From positions 270,001 to 302,000 of the forward strand of contig JAIZWK010000001.1 of assembly GCA_021498095.1 (NCBI GenBank): a stretch of 32,000 nucleotides of DNA, read 5' to 3'. Positions 1 to 10,600 of this stretch are shown one piece after another (the stretch's first letter is position 1; the number at the start of each line of letters is the position of its first letter). The translations under genes and the position numbers were made by a program. Source of the DNA: Candidatus Harpocratesius repetitus. Lineage in GTDB: Archaea; Asgardarchaeota; Lokiarchaeia; Sigyniarchaeales; Promethearchaeaceae. Below the pieces are notes generated by a model. That model did not search any database. It was given only the letters and a program-made list of their open reading frames with translations, and was not told the origin of the DNA.

Positions 1-1012
1 TGCCATTTCCGCCAGCATGCTTAATTTGTAAAGTATGAAACATTTCATGCTCTACGGTATATTTAAGTGAGACGTCTGATTTCTTTTTTCCGATATCTAT
101 TTTGATATCTCCTGTTTCTGGGTCGCAAGATCCTGAACTTTCATCACTCGTACCGTTAGCAAAGGTAATATTAACATAACCATCACCCCCTGTCTCAGGG
201 TATCCATAACCTAATTTATGATAAAGATCGATGGAATATGTCGCATATTCTGTTATTTTCTTCTTAGCTTCCTTTACAGTCGGATGTCCATCCTTTTTAG
301 GGGTTTTTCCTATGTAATATGTCCCTTCATTGGGGATATAATTAATTCGACCATTTTGGGCGCTTACAGTTTGGTTCGTATTTGGAACTGGAATCAAGAA
401 TACATTTGGTAAAGCGGGTGTAGGAATGCTAGAAAACCAATTTGCAGATGTATTGTCATTATAACCCCAAATACTTAAACTCTCATTATCTAATGCAACC
501 AACGAACTATTTACTAAGCTCCAAAAGGGAAAATTAGCAGTTATTGAAGTGCCCCATGCTAATGTATCGATTATTTTGCCTTCATTATCTCGAAGAATGA
601 TTCCACCTTCAGTATTGTCCAAAAACTCTGAAGAATAATTCAGAAACACATCAATTGAGTGTTTTTCACGATTAACTTCAGATGGCCACTTATCTGAGGA
701 TCCTATATGAAGTGCGATGTAATCAAATTCTTGGATGTTTAAAGCAGGTAATTCAATGATTTCACCATTAGTAGATTCAATTTTCCATCCTTCTATCGAT
801 AATGTAGTATTGCCAAAGTAATAAAGTTCAATCCACTCCAGTCCAGGAGTATCAGCATGATAACTTACTTCATTAAATTGAAATGGAACGAACTTGAATT
901 TTTCTTCAGTTTCTACAAGTTTAGGCCAATAATAATACCAACCTGCGAATCCTCCACCAATTAACGCAATAAATATAGCAACAATTATTATATTTTTTCC
1001 TTTTTTTACCAT
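1..1012 (-). CDS. Partial (runs off left edge) membrane-anchored lamin-tail-domain (LTD) + HEXXH zinc metalloprotease
   Basis: Not in the ORF track. Manual translation from ATG at 1012 stays open to base 2 (337 codons): MVKKGKNIIIVAIFIALIGGGFAGWYYYW (signal anchor), FQFNEVSYHADTPGLEWIELYYFGNTTLSIEGWKIES...IILRDNEGKIIDTLAWG (LTD-type signature), then ...LKYTVEHEMFHTLQ (HEXXH at 35-49). Confidence 0.85.
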   Translation of the reverse strand, partial: MVKKGKNIIIVAIFIALIGGGFAGWYYYWPKLVETEEKFKFVPFQFNEVSYHADTPGLEWIELYYFGNTTLSIEGWKIESTNGEIIELPALNIQEFDYIALHIGSSDKWPSEVNREKHSIDVFLNYSSEFLDNTEGGIILRDNEGKIIDTLAWGTSITANFPFWSLVNSSLVALDNESLSIWGYNDNTSANWFSSIPTPALPNVFLIPVPNTNQTVSAQNGRINYIPNEGTYYIGKTPKKDGHPTVKEAKKKITEYATYSIDLYHKLGYGYPETGGDGYVNITFANGTSDESSGSCDPETGDIKIDIGKKKSDVSLKYTVEHEMFHTLQIKHAGGNG

Positions 1013-1564
1013 ATTTTTTACACTTTCTAAAAAAATAAATTATATCAATATTAAAGAATAAATGTTAAAAGGTTACTTAGTTTCCTTTTTCAATACTTAT
1101 TTGCTTATTTCCATAATAATTGTTCTTCAATCTACTACTGAATTTACCATTAAAAGCTGTAATAATGAATTTGTTGTTTGATAATTTTAAGGAAAATGAA
1201 ATGTGGAAAAAAGTAGGTTCACCCGAAACGAAAATGTCGAAAACAAACCATTTTTATAGGTGGATTGATATTATTCTTTATAGTAGAAAATATGTCTTAT
1301 TTTTAAATGCACAAAACATTTTATTATAAGATATATTTATTAATTAATTAATTTCTTATCATTCTTTTTTAAAGCATGTTGTATTATTATTTTAAAACCA
1401 ACATATATTAAATTAAAAAAATTATGATATAATGCCAAAACCATGAAAAAGAACTGCGAGAAATAATCTTTCTCCAAAATAATTGCATATAAAACAAACA
1501 AATTCAGTATAAATAAATTCAATACTGAAGAGCTGCGTTAAACAAGAGGGAATAGTGGAAAAGA

Positions 1565-3619
1565 ATGTCAATAACGAAAAAACAAAACAAATCACCAGAA
1601 GAACAAGAATTGGAAGATTTTTTTAAGAAAAGTTTATTTAAAGAAGGGTTAGCTCGATGCCATGAAATGAAGGATAATCCATTTGTTTCAGAGAAGACAA
1701 AACTGAAAATAGGGATCTTTCAATTGCGCTTTATGGAAAAACTTGAAAAATTTGAAGAAGGCATCAAACATGCGGACTCATTGCTGAAATCAGAACCAAT
1801 TCGACTCTCTTCTATTCTAAAGGTAGAAGTTCTAACAGAATTGACTAAAATTTATTTTTCAAAAAGTGATTTAAATCTTGTTATTAAAACCATTCAACAA
1901 GCAGAAGAACTACTTTACCATGACAAATCTTTATCTAATGAAGAATTGGAGCAAAAAATGGCAGATTTAGTTCTACTTCGAGGGGGGTATGAATGGCATC
2001 AAGGAGAATTAGAAAATGCACTCTTCTTTTTTAAATTTAATTTAGAACTAAGGAAAAAATATGGAACCCATTTAGATTTAGCAAATGCATTGAATAATGT
2101 TGGCGTAATTTACAATGCAATTGGAGAACTACCCAAAGCATTGAAATACCTAAAGGACGCTTTAAATGAATACGAAAAAATTAAAAATATGAGGGGAATT
2201 TCGAAAACAGGACATAATATTGGGGCAATATTAATTCAGATGGGAGAATTAGATGAAAGTTTACAGTATATGCAAAAATCATTAAGTATTGATATTCAAG
2301 ATAATTATCGAGATGGAATAAGGGTTGCTTTGCAAAACATAGGTGAAGTTTATTGGCATAAGCGCGATTATGAGGAAGCACTAGATAATTTATCGAATTG
2401 TTTGGCTTTATTAGAAGAGACACAACAATTTTTCGAAATTACTGAAGTTTGCATACCATTAATTGCTGTGCATTTGGAAATGAATAATAAAGTTGCTGCA
2501 TTTCAATGTTTAACCAGAATAATTCAGATCCATAGTAAAGATCCAAATAAAGTTATAGAACAACGCTTGTGGTTGGGAAAAGGTCTTTATTTTAAATTCT
2601 TAAATACGTTTGAGAGTATTAAAAAAGCAGAATTCTATTTTAATCAAATTATTCATGATGAAGTGCGGTATTTCGATATAACAGCAATGGCTTGGGTTAA
2701 TCTCACAGAATTATACGTATTAAAGATGGAAAAGAATTATTCTTTTGAATTACTCAAACCTTTAAATGAGATTCTACAAAAAATGATTCAATTTGCACGT
2801 CAAAATCATTCTTATTCGATGGTAGGGGATTCTCTGTTAATTAAAGCAAAAGTGATGTTCCTGCAAGGTAATATTGAGAATTCTCACATTCTATTACAAA
2901 AAGCATTACGAATTGCCCAAAATCATGGATTACATCGTTTAGAAGTAAAAATACTACACGAATTAGATCTTTTCTTAGAAAAATCTGATTTTTGGGAATC
3001 AACTCCGTTTGTTGGTAAAACGAATTTATCAAAATCGATAAAAAAGTCTTATATAAATGCCTTAAAAAACCAAATCAGAGAAATCTTTTCTCCAGAAACA
3101 AGCAAAAATAAGGAAATTAATAAAAAAATAAATAAAAAAGTAGATAAAGATAAAAGAGATGAAGAAATAAAAATCAAAAAATCTTCATTGACTTCAACTT
3201 TGACAAAAAGTAGTGATAAAATAATTCCTGAATGCTTTCTAATTATCAATAAACATGGTCGTATTTTACTAAACACACCGTTTCAATCAAAATGGAAAGA
3301 AGAATCTCTCTTTTTTAGTGTTTTTCAAATCAATTTAATGTCTTTATTGCAAGATTTCGCCACCAAAGGCATTTCTATGAATCGATATGAAGATGTCAAG
3401 ATTCTTTTCTTTCACCTAAGCAAATTAAATTCGATTGGAATATTTATTTATCAAGGATCAGTTTTAATTGCTCTAAATAAAATAAAATTACTTAAAAAAA
3501 GGATCGAAGAAAATTTCTCTCAATTTTTAGAGTTTCAAGATATAGAAAGTCAACGGAAAGAATATGTTAACATGTTACAGCAAGATATTTTTAATTTCAT
3601 GGTAGGATTATGCAGTTAA
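1565..3619 (+). CDS. TPR-repeat protein (about 40-aa MalT/TPR_12-type repeats) with Lys-rich linker and putative C-terminal longin/roadblock-like alpha-beta domain
   Basis: 684-aa ORF. Consecutive repeats such as LANALNNVGVIYNAIGELPKALKYLKDAL, ISKTGHNIGAILIQMGELDESLQYMQKSL and IRVALQNIGEVYWHKRDYEEALDNLSNCL. The C-terminal about 130 aa begin CFLIINKHGRILL. Confidence 0.85.
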   Translation: MSITKKQNKSPEEQELEDFFKKSLFKEGLARCHEMKDNPFVSEKTKLKIGIFQLRFMEKLEKFEEGIKHADSLLKSEPIRLSSILKVEVLTELTKIYFSKSDLNLVIKTIQQAEELLYHDKSLSNEELEQKMADLVLLRGGYEWHQGELENALFFFKFNLELRKKYGTHLDLANALNNVGVIYNAIGELPKALKYLKDALNEYEKIKNMRGISKTGHNIGAILIQMGELDESLQYMQKSLSIDIQDNYRDGIRVALQNIGEVYWHKRDYEEALDNLSNCLALLEETQQFFEITEVCIPLIAVHLEMNNKVAAFQCLTRIIQIHSKDPNKVIEQRLWLGKGLYFKFLNTFESIKKAEFYFNQIIHDEVRYFDITAMAWVNLTELYVLKMEKNYSFELLKPLNEILQKMIQFARQNHSYSMVGDSLLIKAKVMFLQGNIENSHILLQKALRIAQNHGLHRLEVKILHELDLFLEKSDFWESTPFVGKTNLSKSIKKSYINALKNQIREIFSPETSKNKEINKKINKKVDKDKRDEEIKIKKSSLTSTLTKSSDKIIPECFLIINKHGRILLNTPFQSKWKEESLFFSVFQINLMSLLQDFATKGISMNRYEDVKILFFHLSKLNSIGIFIYQGSVLIALNKIKLLKKRIEENFSQFLEFQDIESQRKEYVNMLQQDIFNFMVGLCS

Positions 3620-3647
3620 TTTTTTTTTTAAATAGATCCTATTACCC

Positions 3648-4685
3648 TTATAACCAACCATGTTCTTTGTACCAAATTCCTGATTGGTAAATGGCGGAAC
3701 TTATCGAATTATTCGGTTTCCATCCCAAAATCCTTTTTGCTTTCTGATTTGACATAGTCTGTCCTGGAGCGGCTGCTTGAATTACTTTTGAACGATTTAT
3801 GAACGATGGTTTATTAAATAGACGACCAATAGATTCCAGTAAAATCCCTATAAAATAGAAAATCGGAAAAGGTATCGAAATTGGAATTAAAGATCCATAA
3901 GGTCTTTTAAAAACTTTAGAAGCGATAACCTCATGAATGTCACGATAGGGAAGATTTTGGTCACATCCAAAAAGAAAGATTTGGCCAACCGCATCTGGAT
4001 TATATCCACATAATTCAATACCATGTATTAAATCTTCAACATGTACGATGCTGAAAAAACGAGGTTTTCCAAATACGAAAACTTTCAAACCCATTTTTGC
4101 CACTTGAAAAAGATCAAGTGAGATTTTATCTCCTGGACCTATCACGGTAGGGGGGCGAATAATTACAATTGGAAGCAATTTCCAAGATTGCTTACATATC
4201 TTCTCGGTTTTGTATTTAGAGATTCCATACCAATCACCTTTTAGCGGAAATCTGTTGGAATCTTCTTGTTGAGGATTATTAGGAGTACCAGGACCACCAG
4301 CAACCATGGAAGAGACAACAACAATTCGTTTTAGATGAGAACAATGATTTTTACATGCGCGAATTAAATTTTGAGTACCGATAAAATTACCTTCCTCAAA
4401 TTCCCAGGGAGAATTTCCTTTGATAACACCAGCAATATGATAAATGATATCCATATCCTTAATAATTGGTACCAAAGAGTCGTAATTGCGAAGATCAGCA
4501 TAAACAAAATGCATTTTCTTCCAATTTGGTATTAATTCTTGCAATACACTCAAATCACTTGAGCGACGAATCATCGCATAAGGAATAACATTTTTATCAA
4601 GTAAGTATTTGCACATATTACTGCCAATAAAACCGTTTGCACCAGTTACCAATATTTTCAGTTTACTATTTTTATTTTTACTCAT
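3648..4685 (-). CDS. NAD-dependent epimerase/dehydratase (extended SDR)
   Basis: ILVTGANGFIG Rossmann motif, HIAG, catalytic YGISK (YxxxK), RPPTVIGPGD. Overlaps the upstream nitroreductase by 8 nt (operon). Confidence 0.92.
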   Translation of the reverse strand: MSKNKNSKLKILVTGANGFIGSNMCKYLLDKNVIPYAMIRRSSDLSVLQELIPNWKKMHFVYADLRNYDSLVPIIKDMDIIYHIAGVIKGNSPWEFEEGNFIGTQNLIRACKNHCSHLKRIVVVSSMVAGGPGTPNNPQQEDSNRFPLKGDWYGISKYKTEKICKQSWKLLPIVIIRPPTVIGPGDKISLDLFQVAKMGLKVFVFGKPRFFSIVHVEDLIHGIELCGYNPDAVGQIFLFGCDQNLPYRDIHEVIASKVFKRPYGSLIPISIPFPIFYFIGILLESIGRLFNKPSFINRSKVIQAAAPGQTMSNQKAKRILGWKPNNSISSAIYQSGIWYKEHGWL

Positions 4686-5607
4686 TCTCTTTTACCCGCC
4701 ATTGCACTGACAAGGGATCTCGTGGTGGAAGTTTTTTAAATTGATGAAGAGGTTTTCCAAGAACAAAACAACTCCAAGGTAAATATCCCCGAGGGATTCC
4801 AATAAGTTTTCTAATTGAGGGTAAACGCATCATAACTTCTTGTGCAATTCCAATCCAACATGAAGCAATTCCAAGCGCTTCAGCAGCCAACATACCATAT
4901 GTGGTAATAATTCCACTATCACAACCAGCTAAATTACCATATTTAGGAGAATAAATGATAATGACACATGGTGCATCGAAAAATATGGGATCTTTACCAT
5001 TTTTCGCATCTTCCAAAACTCGATTGATTGAAACAAAGAATCCCGGTTCGTTAACCATTTTACGAGTATTTCCAAATAAAAATAACTTTCTCACAATCCA
5101 ATTTTTTAATATTTTTTGTGTAAACTTGATGGATTTTACAACTTTTGTAGATAACTCTTTAATTAATTGAGGATCAGTAAGGACCATAAATTTCCAGCTG
5201 CGAGCATTACTGGCACTTGGTGAATAGCGCATAGAATCCAACACAGCACTAATTTCATCCATAGTAAGAGGTTCAGAGGTAAAATGTCGTATTGAACGTT
5301 TACTTCTTAAAAAGGTGTGGATAGAATCATAATCAGGCTTAGTATTTTTCCAATTTGGGGGAAAATCAGTTAATTCAGATGTAGATTCATATTTAATTGC
5401 ATCTACAGGACAAATTGCTAAACAATGACCGCATTTAATACATAAAGAATACTGATCTGAGAATATAATAAATTGTTTTTCTTTATAACTTTCATCTCCA
5501 GAAATGGTAAAAAGGTGAGAAGGACATTCTAATATACATTTTTGACATTGGATGCATTTACTTGAATTTATTCCGGATATAGTTAGCATAATATGATTCA
5601 AACTCAT
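4678..5607 (-). CDS. Nitroreductase family protein with N-terminal 2x[4Fe-4S] ferredoxin domain
   Basis: CIQCQKCILECP and CIKCGHCLAICP cluster motifs; RSKRSIRHF, SPSASNARSW and ALGIASCWIG nitroreductase FMN-binding motifs. Confidence 0.93.
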   Translation of the reverse strand: MSLNHIMLTISGINSSKCIQCQKCILECPSHLFTISGDESYKEKQFIIFSDQYSLCIKCGHCLAICPVDAIKYESTSELTDFPPNWKNTKPDYDSIHTFLRSKRSIRHFTSEPLTMDEISAVLDSMRYSPSASNARSWKFMVLTDPQLIKELSTKVVKSIKFTQKILKNWIVRKLFLFGNTRKMVNEPGFFVSINRVLEDAKNGKDPIFFDAPCVIIIYSPKYGNLAGCDSGIITTYGMLAAEALGIASCWIGIAQEVMMRLPSIRKLIGIPRGYLPWSCFVLGKPLHQFKKLPPRDPLSVQWRVKENE

Positions 5608-6050
5608 GTTCCAATCATATTAAATCTTCTTAGTAATTTTATTTTTTTTAATTTAAACGCTTTTTTGAATATCATTTATATATTTCCGACTTAAATCTGA
5701 AATATCGCAATTCTTTTTTTGTCGAACTCGATTTTTTCAAAGAATTTGTTAAATATTTATCATCCTGTTTATAAATTCTTCAATTTGAAGTCGATTCTAT
5801 TAAAATTATTGATTTTCATACCTTGAATTTGGTACGTTGATAAAATCGACAAAAAATAAGGAAGGATATTTTAGATTTGAGTCGGGAGAATTAAGATGAT
5901 GAAATGAAAAAATTCGAATCTTTGAAATTTAAAATACCCTCAATTCTTTGGAGAATATCTAAGAATTATTCCATCAAGTGAAAAATAAATAGCTAAAATG
6001 AATTTTTAGTGAATAAAGTATAATTTATTTCAATAAAAAGGTGAAAAAAA

Positions 6051-6473
6051 ATGGATGAATTAGATGAAATATGGATATTACATGAATCAGGAGTGTGTTT
6101 ATATAATTATGCAATAGAAAAAAACATGAATCCTGCACTGTTTGGCTCTTTTTTTACTGCAATCAATCAATTCGGACAAGAATGTGCAAATAATTCAATT
6201 GATGATATTACAATGGGTAATAATTTCCTTTCAAGTTATAAGATTCCAGAATATCATGTTATATTAATAGGAAGATCAACTAAAACTAAAAAACGGAAAA
6301 CAATGCAGAAAATATTGGAAAAAATCGCAAAAATCTTTAAAACTCAATATTCTCCTGAAGATATTGCAAATTTTGATGGAAAGGTAGATAAATTTAATAA
6401 TTTAACTTCATTAATCGATTACTTCTTTAATCAACAAGAACATATGATAGAAGAACTTAAAATGATTTTTTAA
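6051..6473 (+). CDS. Stand-alone longin-like domain protein (Asgard type)
   Basis: 140 aa: IWILHESGVCLY beta-hairpin, ALFGSFFTAINQFGQE helix, three further strands, and KIAKIFKTQY...FDGKVDKF helices, matching longin topology. SD-like AAGGTGA 7 nt upstream of ATG. Confidence 0.7.
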   Translation: MDELDEIWILHESGVCLYNYAIEKNMNPALFGSFFTAINQFGQECANNSIDDITMGNNFLSSYKIPEYHVILIGRSTKTKKRKTMQKILEKIAKIFKTQYSPEDIANFDGKVDKFNNLTSLIDYFFNQQEHMIEELKMIF

Positions 6474-6545
6474 TTAGCTCAGCTATATTTTTAGTAAAAT
6501 TGGGAAAAGATGTCACTATAATAAAAAGAAAAAAATAAATATAAA

Positions 6546-7679
6546 TTAAACAGCTTCAGCTGCACTTTTGGATTTTTTCTCGATAACTTTGGCTTTTTGC
6601 ATCAAATAAAATTCTTCTTTCATCAAATCTAATGCTTTTATCAATACATTCGCATTTTGAGCTTTTGTACGGTATTGTTTACGAATTGTATCCAAAAGAT
6701 GCAAGGGAAAGTATTTTTGAATGAAAAAATCGCTGATCAAACTATAATATTCATTTCCCTTATCATCTTGAAATACTGCAATCATTTTATTCTCCCAGAA
6801 TTTCCGAAGCACAAGATCTAAATCTTCAACTCCTTTCTTCCGAAGCTTTTCAAGATCATTTCGAGTTACCATTGCTTCTCTCAACAGTTTCAAAACTTCA
6901 TAACACTGAGGATCCAGCATGATTTCATCGATAATTTTAAGATTATCTTTATCATTTGGCTTGTACGCTTCAAAAAAGCTCCGAACCTCTTTAAGATAAT
7001 CATTCTTTAATGATTCTGGAAGATGACGATCCACAGGATCTTTGATTAATTCTTTAGGAGGAATTCGTAAAATCATCAATCCTTGAGCCAGAAAAACCAT
7101 ATCAGAAGATAAACCCTTTACGGAAGCTATTTTAACCAAACCACTTTTTACCATTCCGGTTAAAATATTTTCAACATCAACAAATCCTTCACGATATTGA
7201 TCTTTTAGCCAAATTGCAATTTCAGATTTACTTACGGCAGCTTCATCCCGAAGGCGTTGAATTATCAACCGTTTAACTTCACTGTTGTAATCCATACACA
7301 TTCTCTGTTCATCAGTAAGTGTAGGATAAACAGAAAGTCGTTGAAAAAGAGGAGGTAGAAGTGCATCAAGATTTCCTGAATCGAGATTTGGTATTATCTG
7401 GCGCGAAGTTTCAGCCAATATTTCTTCATATACATCACCATCTTCTTCAGCGGTTAGAAGCAAGATTATATAAACTGCAGAATCAGGTCCAGTATAATAG
7501 GATGCTAAATTAATAGCACCTGCTGTAATTGAAACAAGACCTGCTTCTCCGGTAAACTCATGTTGAGAATACAACTGCATTAACGTTTTTTCTTGAATTT
7601 GTGTTTCCTTTGGATAAGCTCCGAGAATTTCCACACCTATTCGCTCATCCCAATGCATTATGACCATTCCAGTAGGCAT
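6546..7679 (-). CDS. uDENN/longin-like N-terminal domain + two putative winged-helix domains (NPRL2/3-like architecture)
   Basis: N-terminus GMVIMHWDERIGVEILGAYP...VSITAGAINLASYYTG..AVYIILLL fits a uDENN-type longin pattern. KRLIIQRLRDEAAVSKSEIAIWL...LVKSGLVKI and CYEVLKLLREAMVTRNDLEKL...FWENKMIAVF fit wHTH patterns. Fold calls are by eye. Confidence 0.65.
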   Translation of the reverse strand: MPTGMVIMHWDERIGVEILGAYPKETQIQEKTLMQLYSQHEFTGEAGLVSITAGAINLASYYTGPDSAVYIILLLTAEEDGDVYEEILAETSRQIIPNLDSGNLDALLPPLFQRLSVYPTLTDEQRMCMDYNSEVKRLIIQRLRDEAAVSKSEIAIWLKDQYREGFVDVENILTGMVKSGLVKIASVKGLSSDMVFLAQGLMILRIPPKELIKDPVDRHLPESLKNDYLKEVRSFFEAYKPNDKDNLKIIDEIMLDPQCYEVLKLLREAMVTRNDLEKLRKKGVEDLDLVLRKFWENKMIAVFQDDKGNEYYSLISDFFIQKYFPLHLLDTIRKQYRTKAQNANVLIKALDLMKEEFYLMQKAKVIEKKSKSAAEAV

Positions 7680-7692
7680 TTTAGAGACCTCC
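7680..7692 (-). promoter_or_regulatory. Shine-Dalgarno GGAGGT embedded in the last codons of the giant gene, serving the 7679 start
   Basis: Minus strand reads GAA GGA GGT CTC TAA A ATG: SD 7 nt before the ATG, 1-nt intergenic gap. Confidence 0.75.
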
Positions 7693-10600
7693 TTCTGTTG
7701 ATGAACCTAATTCTTCCATAGGTTCAGGTGTTGTTGATTTTCCAACCCCTAAAATTGAAGCAATATCTAAGTCCAATAACTCCCAATAATCCTTAAAGCG
7801 ATCTGATATCTCTTCTTCATAGGTTTTGGTAATATTGTCATCAGAAATGACTTTGTTTCCTGAAATTAATTTCTTTGTCCTGTCAATCTGCTTGATAATC
7901 AATGGAATTCGAGCATATTGAATATATTTAGTGGTTCCAGCAATTGCAATGGCAATTAAAGCCACACTACCACCAATGTAAACAAAAATCTTAGGTACTC
8001 CGACTCCGCCAACAGTAAATTCAGGAGGAGTAACTGAAATCGTGATATCAAATGGAGCAATAGTATAATTTGTTTTTTCAACAGTAATGGTTGCTGTATC
8101 AGTTATAGCGGCTACTAATGCATTATATTCTTCAGAATTTGTATCAATAACATATCGGTATAATCCGGGTGTGTCAGTTTCTGGAATTGGAATATCATTT
8201 CCTCGATAATGCATTGTTACCGTCGCACCTGTTAAAGGTGCATTATCAACTGGGTCTGTCAAATTAAATTCGATAACAATCATATTTCCTTCAGGAGTTT
8301 CTGCAACTTTAGAAGCAATTTGCTCACCTAACGCGACCACAACGGGTCGTTCCTTGATAATTAAGGTTATTGTAGCAGATCGAGTTACAAAATTATTCTT
8401 TCCGAGATACACAGCAATGAGATAGGTTCCAACTGGTTTACTGATTGTATCAAAATCCATACGGTAGTATCCATTTTTCATATCGGTTAATAATCTTGAA
8501 TGCGTTCCAGAAGAATCTTCCCATTCAAAATAGGCTATATTTGCACCGGTTATAGCCGTTCCATCAATTTCACCGTATGTAATATAGAAATAATGAGTGG
8601 TACTAACATTAATACTGATATCATTTCGCAAGAAAATGGTGTTGTTAATTCGTGTTTGAATTGGATCAATTACCAAATAGAATGTTATTATTTGGGTTGA
8701 ATATTGGTACTTTTCAGCAGTAACATATAGAGTATAACTTCCAACACCTGCAAAATCGGTAGAATTTAATGTTATTGAATATGTACCTCCAGATTCATGA
8801 GAAAGAATTCCAGTCAATCCTGCTTGCTGACCAACGTAGAATGAAACTGTTCCGTCTGTTATTCCAGTACTTCGATATAAATCTGTGAATTGAACGGTAA
8901 TGGTGAATTGATCACGCCAAGTCACAGTGTAATTTGTTTGACTTGTAGTAAAGCTGGTTGGAATAACTAAAATATGAATTGTCAATACTAATTGCTGTGT
9001 TTCATATTGATTCTTAGTTGCAGTTATTCTGAATGTATATGTTCCAGCTTGACCGAAATCAATTGATTGCAAATCAAAAGTATAAGTTCCATCATTTTGT
9101 GAAATAAGATATCCATTTGATATTCCTAACGAAGCAGCATAGTAGGAGACAGTGGCATCTCCAATTCCTATTGGTGCGCTTGTATTGACTATGTTATCGA
9201 ATGATACAGTTAAATTCTCTGATTCGCCCCAATAGAGAGTGATTGAATCATTTTCATAAGTAGAAGATAATTCAGTTGGAATGGTCATTATTGCAACCGT
9301 AATTACCAATGTTCGTGTGGCATATTGAGGTTTGGATGCAGTAATTTCAAAAGTATAACTTCCTGCTTGACCAAAATCAAAAGAACTTAAGAATAATTCA
9401 TATCTACCATTGCTTCCAGAATATACAAATACTCCAGAATCGCTGTAATCTCCCGTTCCACTTACAACATAACTTACTGTTCCAGTTGAAATAGGAACTG
9501 GATTTAATGAATCATAAATATCAAAATAGCTTACAGATAATGTACAATTCATTTCCCAGTAAATGTATACTTTTGAGGCATTCGTGGTGAAATTAACAGG
9601 TCGAATCCCGATATCAACATTAATTACCAGCTGCTGTGTTTCATACTGATTTTTCGATGCTGTGATTGTAAATGAATATGTTCCATTAGTTCCGAAATAT
9701 GTGGTATTAAATTCGATCACATAAGCATTAAAGATGAAAGAATAAGCAATGGTCCCATTATATTCTGGATGACCAATAACTGTATATGTGACAGAACCAT
9801 CAGTGATATTCTGAGAGTTATCTTCATCAAAATAGACAATGCTTATTGTGAAATTATCGTTCCATGCAGCAGCAATTGTATCACTTGCAGTTGTCAATGT
9901 TGTATTAATTACTGCAATATTCACGGTGATTGAAAGGCTTTGAGTCAAATACTGACTTTTTTGAGCAGTAATCAAATAGGTATAAGTCCCTGCAACAAAT
10001 TGTCCACCTTCAATTGCATCAAATGAGATGTAATACCAACCTGTCCCTAAAGATGATAAAAGTCCAGAGTCTGCAAATTCATTCGGTCCGGAAGCAGAAT
10101 AACCTACAGTTCCATCATTAATTGCAATTAATTTATATAGATCTTCATAATATACTGAAAGTTCAAAAGATTCACCCCAATTCACCGAAATTGACAAGTC
10201 TTCTGCAGTTAATTTTGTTGGGATAATGTTGATATAAACTGTGATGGTTACCGATTGTGTTTCATACTGGTTCTTCATCGCGGTAATCACAAAAGTATAA
10301 GTTCCATTGAAACCAAAATCAGTAGAATTCAGAGTATCACGATAGGTTCCAGGGCTAGATGCATAATGAATTAATGATCCTGAACCAGAATAACCAACAG
10401 GTCCTGTAACAGTGTACGAAACAGTTGCACCGGTTGTGATAGGTACAGAATTTAGAAGATCACGAATATCTTCGAAATAAACTGAAAGTGTAAATTCTTC
10501 TCTCCAGTAAACATTGATAGTTTCAGTAGAGACAGTTAAATTTGTTAAAACTGTTTCAATATTTACTGTAATACTAAGACTTTGGGTTTGATGTTCAGAC

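Noticed and set aside
218-412. 64-aa plus-strand ORF
   Set aside because: Antisense shadow of the LTD-HEXXH gene.
1120-1522. Two short ORFs (1120..1329 +, 1340..1522 -) in the divergent intergenic region
   Set aside because: F/L/I/N/K-rich composition typical of AT-rich non-coding DNA; no motifs.
2181-3276. Minus-strand ORFs inside the TPR gene
   Set aside because: Antisense shadows.
4955-5170. Plus-strand 71-aa ORF
   Set aside because: Antisense to the nitroreductase.
6546-6950. Calling the 377-aa protein an ESCRT-II (Vps22/36) or true NPRL2 orthologue
   Set aside because: Tandem wHTH alone is not diagnostic, and no obvious NPRL2-type arginine finger is seen in the longin loop; left as an architecture-level similarity.
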